Assembly (NCBI RefSeq): GCF_037042905.1 | Contig: NC_087263.1 | Span: 14,758,001 to 14,818,000, forward strand | DNA: 60,000 bases | Direction of reading: 5' to 3' | Origin: Lytechinus pictus | Lineage: Eukaryota | Shown here: one piece after another, positions 55,201 through 60,000 of the stretch | Position numbering within the stretch: position 1 is the first letter of the stretch | Layout of the letters: each line of letters begins with the position of its first letter | The notes under the pieces: generated by a model | The model's input: the letters and a program-made list of their open reading frames with translations, nothing else | Databases searched by the model: none | Told to the model about the DNA's origin: nothing | Made by a program: the position numbers and the translations under genes

Positions 55201-58200
55201 ACTCTGTGTCACCTGAGGAGTTTACCCTCGTTCCGAATTCTGACATCACGCTTACCTTCACTGCTGCTTCAAACGCATTTCAAGCCATCGAAGAACAAGG
55301 ACTGACACCATACCTTGCGTATGAGCGTGGTGAGAATTACCTATATGTGGCGAGCTATTTGTGAGTTATGACCGACTTTATATGCACGACTGGTGACCCT
55401 TTCTTGTGCTCCATGATATATCCCTGTGTATCTGATATAGCACATAAAAAGTGTTTCAGTCATGTGTAAAGTTATGTGCATAACTACCCAAGCAGGTTCA
55501 TGAAACACATACCAGTCTATAAGTAGAATAATCACTATATAGCTACCTGTTGCGTCAGTTCACCCGTTTTGGGATTAGTAGAGCACATTATCATAAAAAT
55601 TGCAGACTTTTTTTGTATGCTACAGGCAGAATGACTTTGGCACTCTCAATGATATTACCTGCAATCATCTCTTATTCTCTAAAGGATCCCAAACGACCTT
55701 TGACCTTACCGATTGTCTTACATGCTACAAGCAGAATGACTTTCACATTCTCAATGATATTACCTGCAATCATCTCTTATTCTCTGAAGGATCCCAAACG
55801 ACCTTTGACCTTACCGATTGTCTTATATGCTACAAGCAGAATGCCTTTCACATTCTCAATGATATTACCTGCAATTATCTCTTATTCTCTAAAGGATCCC
55901 AAACGACCTTTGACCTTACCAATTGTCTTATATGCTACAGGCAGAAGGACTTTCACATTCTCAATGATATTACCTGCAATCATCTCTTATTCTCTAAAGG
56001 ATTCCAAACGACCTTTGACCTTACCGATTGTCTTATATGCTACAAGCAGAATGACTTTCACATTCTCAATGATATTACCTGCAATTATCTCTTATTCTCT
56101 AAAGGATCCCAAACGACCTTTGACCTTACCAATTGTCTTATATGCTACAGGCAGAATGACTTTCACATTCTCAATGATATTACCTGCAATCATCTCTTAT
56201 TCTCTGAAGGATCCCAAACGACCTTTGACCTTACCGATTGTCTTATATGCTACAAGCAGAATGCCTTTCACATTCTCAATGATATTACCTGCAATTATCT
56301 CTTATTCTCTAAAGGATCCCAAACGACCTTTGACCTTACCAATTGTCTTATATGCTACAGGCAGAAGGACTTTCACATTCTCAATGATATTACCTGCAAT
56401 CATCTCTTATTCTCTAAAGGATTCCAAACGACCTTTGACCTTACCGATTGTCTTATATGCTACAAGCAGAATGACTTTCACATTCTCAATGATATTACCT
56501 GCAATTATCTCTTATTCTCTAAAGGATCCCAAACGACCTTTGACCTTACCGATTGTCTTATATGCTACAGGCAGAATGACTTTCACATTCTCAAGGATAT
56601 TACCTGCAATCATCTCTTATTCTCTAAAGGATCCCAAACGACCTTTGACCTTACTGATTGTCTTATATGCTACAAGCAGAATGACTTTCGCATTCTCAAT
56701 GATATGACCTATGCTGCTATCTCTGACCTCTGAATGATCCCAAACGACCTTGAACCTACTGAATTTTAGATGCTACAAGCGAATGGCTTTCGCATTCTCA
56801 ATGATATGACCTATGCTGCTATCCCTGACCTCTGAAGGATCACAAACGACCTTGAACCTACTGATTTTATATGCTACAAGCAGAATGACTCACATTCTCA
56901 ATGAATACCTGCAGCTATCTTTTTGATTTTCCTCTTTCATGTAATGCAGATGGGATGGCTGAATTTCTCCCTGGCGAAGTCGGTGGTGATGCGATGCAGG
57001 AGCTGATCTTCACTGGGAGAGCTCCTGACAGGCCCTTGGAATTGGTCACCAAACTCACGTTCAATAAAAGAGATGACCTACCTGGAGGACCGTTCACAGT
57101 CACGTTCTACCAGCCTCCGCCTGTCATTGCGTCGTTCGCATTCTACCCTTTACGTAAGAACAGAAACACCATCATGAAACTTCATCTGTGCTGGTTGAAA
57201 ATATCTCTAAGGCCCGTATTCTGAAGTCGGGTTCTGAATCCAGACCATGGTTTAACTCTGTGCTAAAATTATGGGAAGCCAAATGTGTCAGAGTTCTCAT
57301 GTTTACTGTTCTTTTTCCTAATTCTGTATTGGTGAAGACAACTATCTTATTCATCCTTCCCAGTTACTCATGTTTTTGGAGTCAAATGAGCTGATAAATT
57401 TAACCTCTACTGTTAGCAATTTATGTCACAATTGGCTTTCCATAAAACCACCACTTTAAACCAGAGTTTGAATTAAACCTGACTGCAGAATATGGGCCTA
57501 AAATTTCTTGGCTGCTGAATGTAGCCTTCGTTGCAGTTTTTTATCATTGACCACACATACAGAGGGTCGGTAAGGAGGGCTGCATGCAGTCAGCAGCTGA
57601 AAATTTGAAGTAATAAACTCTACAAGATTTTTTCTTCCGTTAATGGAGATAAAAATGTTAATGATTTGTTAAGAACAGAAACGTATATTTCTTCCATAAT
57701 ATTCCTTAAAGTAGGGAGCAATGTGGTCTAGTGGTTTTGACCCTTGTCTTTGAATTCCAGCTATTTTTCCATTAAGCAGGAAATTTTACCAACATTTTGC
57801 TGCAATCTATCTTGAAAATCTGCTCCAAGTATTATATAACACTATCTGTTCTCAGTTTATTCCAGTACTATCTTTGTTTGTCTTAATGTATACTATGTTG
57901 TTTGTTGATATTGTACTTTTAAGATTTCGGTAAGCTCCAAGATTTTTAACAATTTGCTAATGGTGTTTCTATCTTTGTATTTTAAGAGGAAATATTCAAT
58001 TTCATTTCAGTTTATTCACAATTAAAAAAACATCAAATTATTTACAGAAAAGACATAGCTGGGATTGTAGCACTTTCAGTAATGCAAGACAATAACTTCG
58101 CTCGTATCATCTCACAATATATTTTTTTTACAGAAAACATTCTCCTGCTTGAATTCGAGGAAGGGGTTCGAATAGACGGGACATTGGACTGTAGCACCAT

Positions 58201-59208
58201 ATTCGAGTTACCATCTGATCGGAACATCCTTGGGACTGGTAGCACATGCACGCTTTTCCGAAGAGCTCGCTTCATCAAGATAACCCTTGGGACACTCGAT
58301 GTCTGCGGACAGACTGGTTTAATCACCACAGGTACAGAATACACTGGTGTAGCATTCTAACCCAGTGGATAAGTCTCTGGACTTTGAAACAGGGGGTTCT
58401 GGGTTCAAATCCCAGCAATGGCGTAATTTCTTTCAGCAAGAAATTGATCACAATGTGCTGCACTCAACCCAGGTGATATAAATGGATAGGTCATGGCAGG
58501 AGTGATTCCTGAAAAAGCTGTGAGCACCGGAATCGGTAGCCAAGTGTATTCAGGCTAATAAAGGATTGGATTCAAGTGTGGCAAAGATATCGGTTTGATA
58601 AAATATCATTCTTGACCTGTTAATGTACCTGATGAAGAGATATGAAATCATGTACTACAAAGTCATTAAAACTCACTTTTATGTTTATGTCATAAATTGC
58701 ATTATGTATAATTGATCGTATAAATGTGGCAATATGATTTAGGGTATGTTCCGAATAGATGTACCATTTAAAAAAGATCTCAGATATTTGTTTATTTGGA
58801 AAATGAATACAAACTTACATACCTTTCGAACCTCAGTATTATTTTTTTTGTATGGGTCTGTTGAGTTGTAAAATATAATCAGGGGTGATTGAATCATTTT
58901 CACACTTTTGATACTCCTACATATTTCTGCAGCTGATACACTCACCGTGCGTGGTGATGTCATCCTTGGTCTGTCTGATTTCTCCCGTGCACTTCCCGAG
59001 ACAATCTTAGAGGTAAATGTCGAAAACGCCATCACTTTGGACGTGGTGTTATCTGGCCGCCATATGATCAGCAGTTGTGGTCGTGTCAATATAAATGCTG
59101 GGAGAACAAAGAAAAATGGCCTCAATTGCAGACCTGTGAACTATATATGGTCTGTCCAGTCAGATGATGATGTTTCAGAAGCACTTTCAGCAGCAGTGAC
59201 AAGAAATA
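30399..59208 (+). CDS. Large secreted/cell-surface protein (5' part, at least 1488 aa, 15 coding exons): signal peptide, 3x helical Cys repeat, Cys-rich region, IPT/TIG-like domains, probable REJ module start
   Basis: Exons 30399-31215, 39230-39475, 41556-42263, 43945-44187, 45957-46736, 47665-47907, 48442-48567, 50783-50939, 52349-52454, 53484-53628, 54068-54142, 55189-55329, 56950-57153, 58134-58331, 58933-59208. All are AG/GT bounded and phase-compatible (4465 nt). Upstream acceptor at 30309/30310. Confidence 0.85.
31429..31591 (+). repeat. DIRS left inverted terminal repeat
   Basis: About 31442-31591 is the reverse complement of 38069-38217. Confidence 0.92.
32869..34935 (+). CDS. gag: DIRS ORF1 Gag-like protein (688 aa)
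   Basis: Position in element; Ser/Pro-rich N-terminus, poly-Lys tract, helical core, C-terminal RG repeats. Confidence 0.85.
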   Translation: MSMSFSDSSLEELEMAAEQVSNTGVLFPISGNVESGNGESSLVGSKKGGTVDPSPRAHGGGAVDARPRPPIKKGGTVDPRPRARKVIAQVSAPEPEPFSGSVVLAQKTTTSLGLPDPPAIGSPKDRGESSLSARHKRLGSMPFQTPQGSIGKGLSAPSRRRQHSPTPSDSRFNLTPSDSADRSSRSTSAPRGRAKTKRSKSAQPPAPSSVPPPEPPKKKKKKKKKSAAVSPVPSGGPASNSSTDGQASQLMMLLQSAFVHCGLLPPGSSAPQADTGHPTPRDTASDSNESPALEPTQATLVSSQARPTSGFLPRESDHGTLRPSFSRAPATLGAPPGEETWVGSPPLEAEQALSEDEFNPDPPGSPAPQPAGSRAQDATEILHKYLPHIYPPDEPVEGDLDSLFFPQPRKTPQGIPLTNDFKAAYERAAAQASVPAAQGRKPVAFGKGFAFSKEDTEAFFAPKTFSPQLNRIGARLGTRFSSNHFATVEKADVRYEALTRSALRLTAFLGALLGLRAQSSELEVSANDSVLLDEALLSLVGELWMQLATTATTASNSRRTHVLNRLGIASKDLLEFLPGVPQSNKHLFGGEVASLLKEEIEGRKQASELLKELKASRPTAPPTKKSTAKARPSSRPVVTPPQPRAHAPPNHRARTRPPVSSSRGGRGRGRGRGGRPASKAPARPNQPL
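34856..36844 (+). CDS. pol: DIRS ORF2: reverse transcriptase - RNase H - adenine methyltransferase-like domain
   Basis: RT motifs LDLRDAYFHIP, MPFGL, YLDD; RNase H TTDAS, HINVLE, TDN, ADFLSR; MT-like IDLFAT...YAFPPF. Confidence 0.95.
   Translation: MVVGVGVGVGVAGQPPRLRLGPISLFDGFPRALVPVGGRLRYFLPAWEGITDDAFILSVVRDGFHIDIEALPHGVIRSAPPTVSLLHQQHIKAEIDVLLEKEAIERVPDSPHLCLSPIFVIPKRSGKLRMILNMKRINEFIQPDHFRMETLASILPSLQASDWAASLDLRDAYFHIPIHPASRDLLGFRFNGATYRYRAMPFGLRPAPRVFTRVVTAVAAHLRERGLRLFVYLDDWLLVASSKARLLSHLSLLLRITQELGFVVNWEKSDLSPSRVPTYLGAVLDLPNQIARPSPDRVRAIVALARSLRERSFVKARTWLRLLGFMASLVDILQDCRLLMRPFQRYLLYYYRPSVDSLLLRIPLSREIRLSLAAWTHTSFVARGKPFRTPLPSAALTTDASLTGWGGHCAGEMVSGVWLPQRTLPHINVLEMRAVINSLQHFRHRLVDRTVLIRTDNKSVAAYINRQGGTRSSSLNALAAELWEWCHRAKIVPVASYIPGSDNLIADFLSRGRCLPSEWSLHPEIFQSIQVHWGPLEIDLFATALNRKLPMFCSRVNETEATSLDAFSIHWGDRRCYAFPPFHLIPQVLRKVKEDQAWLLLVAPNWPRRHWFPQLLELLEGDPLTLPLRSDIVSQPLSGITHPRPAVLHLTAWLLSGKTRKL
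34993..37848 (+). CDS. DIRS ORF3: tyrosine recombinase (domain in the last ~340 aa) with long N-terminal extension overlapping ORF2
   Basis: Catalytic signature SGQRRSS (R), CPVRAL, AHDTRS (HxxR), FWRS (W), FTSFY (Y). Confidence 0.93.
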   Translation: MGGNNGRRFYLIRRARWLSYRYRGPPARRDSIRTADRFPSSSAAYQSRNRRAAGEGGDRESAGQSTSLSLSYLRHSQALGKITDDSEHEKNQRIHPARPFQNGNTSIHSAVSAGIGLGRLPRSQGRLLPYSNSSRITGPIGFSLQRSDLQVPGNALRLTPGTQGLHPGGHSSGRPPKRTGAQTLRLSRRLAVGCKFKGQTSVPLVPPPADHPGVGIRSQLGEIGPVTFPRTHILGRGSRLAKPDRSAKPRQSSGNRRSGPLSQRAKLREGSHVAEITRVHGKPCRHSTRLSPAYETLSEIPPVLLQTERRLSASSDPLITGDPSQLGRLDTYVLCSEGQTLSHSPPISRSDHRCVAYGMGRPLCGGDGLGGLVTSTHLTSYQCVGDEGCHQFPSAFPTQVSRSNGFDSHRQQVSCSVHQSPRRHPIKLSQRPSCGALGVVPPCEDRSSCLVYTRQRQPDSRFSVPGPVPTIRMVAPPGDISVYPSPLGTPGNRLVCHGSQPEAADVLLSCQRNRSNFPGCILHSLGGSEVLCVSSVPPNTAGIEESEGRSSLASSSGPQLAKEALVPATPRTVGGGPAHTSSEIRHSISTSVGDHASSASGPPLNRMAVIGQDAKALGLSDRASQLVIQSRRNSTLDLYNSRLGRFADWCTARSVDPRNASLAAIADFFVHLFDIGRSLSTIRGFRSAIAAFHSGFPDGSNVSNSSLLSRLMRAFFLKRPPKKRLTPSWSLPAVLNSLAKPPFEPLAKSSLHDLSIKTAFLIAVASGQRRSSIHALTTSPGHIRWERRGVRLIPTPSFIAKNQTATSGSIEFFLAPLSDLSSVTEDKVWCPVRALKWYLDRTKTLRNSDQLFVTSREPFAAASRDTISRWIVEAIKSAGDDALLSDTRPRAHDTRSIATSWALFNGVALDDILRAAFWRSSNSFTSFYLKDIPSGEALFASSALRAAAPVS
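37914..38011 (+). repeat. DIRS internal complementary region (ICR)
   Basis: 37914-37955 is complementary to the left end 31429-31470; 37952-38011 is complementary to the right end 38196-38255. Confidence 0.92.
38069..38255 (-). repeat. DIRS right inverted terminal repeat with 3' extension
   Basis: Inverted copy of the left ITR plus extension ctcgtaaataagaaaataaacgtaagtattttcataat. Confidence 0.92.
39230..39475 (+). CDS. Gene 2 exon: repeat 1 small part
   Basis: ggtag|AT GAC...ACG A|gtaag, phase 1-1. Confidence 0.85.
39556..40123. mobile_element. HINE-like element with inverted ~65-bp ends and ~155-bp internal tandem repeats
   Basis: attgtatcccccaaacagag...ctctgttcgggggatacaat; three copies of ttcttctccgat...cttcaaat...catgaaggtccattatggtaaag. 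Confidence 0.65.
40221..41074. mobile_element. CACTG-ended MITE (CACTA-like)
   Basis: cactgtaaaaaa...ttttttacagtg. Confidence 0.5.
41556..42263 (+). CDS. Gene 2 exon: repeat 2 large part
   Basis: ctcag|...AAAG|gtaag, phase 1-1; homologous to 30399-31215. Confidence 0.9.
42607..42857. mobile_element. Harbinger-like MITE (relative at 52043-52313)
   Basis: tcttacaaaga...tctttgtaaga ends with inverted gattgatc/gatcaatc motifs. Confidence 0.55.
43022..43267. mobile_element. CACTG-ended palindromic MITE
   Basis: cactgcaaaaactgc...gcagtttttgcagtg with inner tatgaccacaccagagaagtgttaaaa inverted repeat. Confidence 0.7.
43945..44187 (+). CDS. Gene 2 exon: repeat 2 small part
   Basis: cccag|GG CAC...AAA A|gtaag. 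Confidence 0.85.
44358..44936. mobile_element. TTAA-flanked MITE (Kolobok-like)
   Basis: ttaa|aggggaatgaaac...gtttcattctcct|ttaa; long TIRs. Confidence 0.8.
45957..46736 (+). CDS. Gene 2 exon: repeat 3 large part
   Basis: tgtag|GT GAA...CAA G|gtaaag. Confidence 0.9.
47665..47907 (+). CDS. Gene 2 exon: repeat 3 small part
   Basis: atcag|AT TTC...GAT G|gtaag. Confidence 0.85.
48442..48567 (+). CDS. Gene 2 exon: Cys-rich region
   Basis: CASPRQADIDACGEC...DCTGRCPR; donor gtgag. Confidence 0.8.
48579..49317. mobile_element. TIR MITE, same family as 9554-10208
   Basis: catggacctatgaaaagatggac...gtccatctcttcataggtccatg. Confidence 0.75.
50148..50744 (+). repeat. Tandem 120-140 bp repeats of a HINE-like element 3' portion
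   Basis: Repeated agttttggttcaacttg...caaaggtcatcta; ends caccttgtt. Confidence 0.55.
50783..50939 (+). CDS. Gene 2 exon: Cys-rich region (absent from ORF track)
   Basis: QDGTNGPAELNSCLRCVGGSTWRPTDAGMNECGTCGFLAGFDCVGCDGQIN; phases 1/2. Confidence 0.85.
52349..52454 (+). CDS. Gene 2 exon
   Basis: GLEFDACDICGGDGSDCTAVSSIVPEIIPSGGEYE; phases 2/0. Confidence 0.85.
53484..53628 (+). CDS. Gene 2 exon: IPT/TIG-like
   Basis: ITAHGGGLRADPAHVCRF...GTCTVNNLPA; phases 0/1. Confidence 0.8.
54068..54142 (+). CDS. Gene 2 exon
   Basis: GTYDFSLLASGTDPMNTSITLQVYD; acag|...|gtgag. Confidence 0.8.
55189..55329 (+). CDS. Gene 2 exon: second IPT-like domain start
   Basis: IDIDSVSPEEFTLVPNSDITLTFT...; donor g|gtgaga in phase 1. 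Confidence 0.78.
55615..56920. repeat. 105-bp minisatellite, about 12 copies, intronic
   Basis: gatattacctgcaat recurs at 105-bp spacing (55651, 55756, 55861 ...). Confidence 0.95.
56950..57153 (+). CDS. Gene 2 exon
   Basis: tgcag|AT GGG...TTA C|gtaag. Confidence 0.82.
58134..58331 (+). CDS. Gene 2 exon (pre-REJ-like region)
   Basis: NILLLEFEEGVRIDGTLDCSTIF...LGTGSTC...IKITLG. Confidence 0.82.
58346..58545 (+). mobile_element. tRNA-derived SINE, degraded
   Basis: B-box ggttcaaatccc; body tgtgctgcactcaacccagg shared with 18691-18963. Confidence 0.7.
58933..59208 (+). CDS. Gene 2 exon: probable start of REJ module
   Basis: VVLSGRHMISSCGRVNINAGRTKKNGLNCRPVNYIWSV resembles REJ N-terminal pattern; donor a|gtaag. 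Confidence 0.8.
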
Positions 59209-60000
59209 GTAAGTTGGCGCTAATTGTGTAACAGTGTAAAGCCAGGGTAATTACCTACTAGAGAAAAACAGTGTGCAATCACCTTCACACTGTTAAATTT
59301 GAGCATTTTCAACAGTGATTCACATATTCACATAGCCAACCACGTAATTGCGCCGCAAGCAGTCGTACTGTCGAGGTGTCCACAGTGTGAAAATATCTTC
59401 ACACTGTTAAATTTGAGCATTTTACCAGTCTGAATAAAAATTTGACATAGTCCACACTGTGAACACACTGTGATCACACTGTGACACACTGTGTTCGTTC
59501 CAGCAGGGTTGTTTTGCATAGCTGTAAATCTAGTGCTGAGATATTCCTGATAAATAGGCCACCGCATATCTTAGGTTTGGTCCACGATCAAAGTAAGAGA
59601 CAAATCACATTTTGCTCATTTTCCAAAAGTGTTTTTTTTGTAAATTCACTGAAAACAGTGTATTACAAGGGAGATCCATTGCAATTGACCTTTGTGCTGA
59701 GCTTGAGCGGTTGAAATGACGTCACTCACGTGCACATTGACTATGATTTAGGAGAATGGAGGCAGAATGGAGGTGGCGATGTTCTCAATTCTGATAGTCA
59801 GCGAGAGTGAGGACGTGACGCATGCGCAATGCCTTAAAATTACGTCATCTCATAGCAATCGTCTATGACGACGTGCGATTCTAAAAGCGCTCAATTTGAC
59901 AAGATCAAAGATATTCTGTTGTTCGGAATATGTTATTATTTTTTGCGATACCAACATTTAATTTCAAACTCATGCCATATTGAGTAGTTCCACATTTTCC

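Noticed and set aside
55550..56733. 385-aa and 377-aa repetitive ORFs
   Set aside because: Artefacts of a 105-bp (3n) tandem unit; the flanking exons splice in phase across it.
55615..56920. CRISPR-like array
   Set aside because: No unique spacers and no cas genes; eukaryotic context.

Overview
AT-rich, intron- and repeat-rich animal genomic DNA; the repeat landscape resembles sea urchin (inference from recall). (1) 8-2701: the 3' coding exons of a single-pass membrane protein with a degenerate GPS motif. (2) 30310 to beyond 59208: a large + strand gene with 15 phase-consistent coding exons (at least 1488 aa). It encodes a signal peptide, three tandem helical Cys-patterned two-exon modules, a Cys-rich CxxC(GG) region, IPT/TIG-like domains and the probable start of a REJ module; it may be a tandem paralog of gene 1. 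(3) In the first coding intron of that gene, an apparently intact 6.8-kb DIRS1-type tyrosine-recombinase retrotransposon (ITRs, ICR, gag, RT-RNaseH-methyltransferase-like ORF, YR ORF) is nested inside a Tc1-like MITE. Its gag stop (CTT TGA CGG) is a candidate dual +1-frameshift/readthrough site. (4) A Penelope-like foldback insertion with TSD, plus a 23-bp micro-copy of its end 43 kb away. (5) Many MITEs, Helentron-associated-like elements, tRNA-derived SINEs and a 105-bp minisatellite. Family calls rest on motif recognition by eye; no database searches were run.
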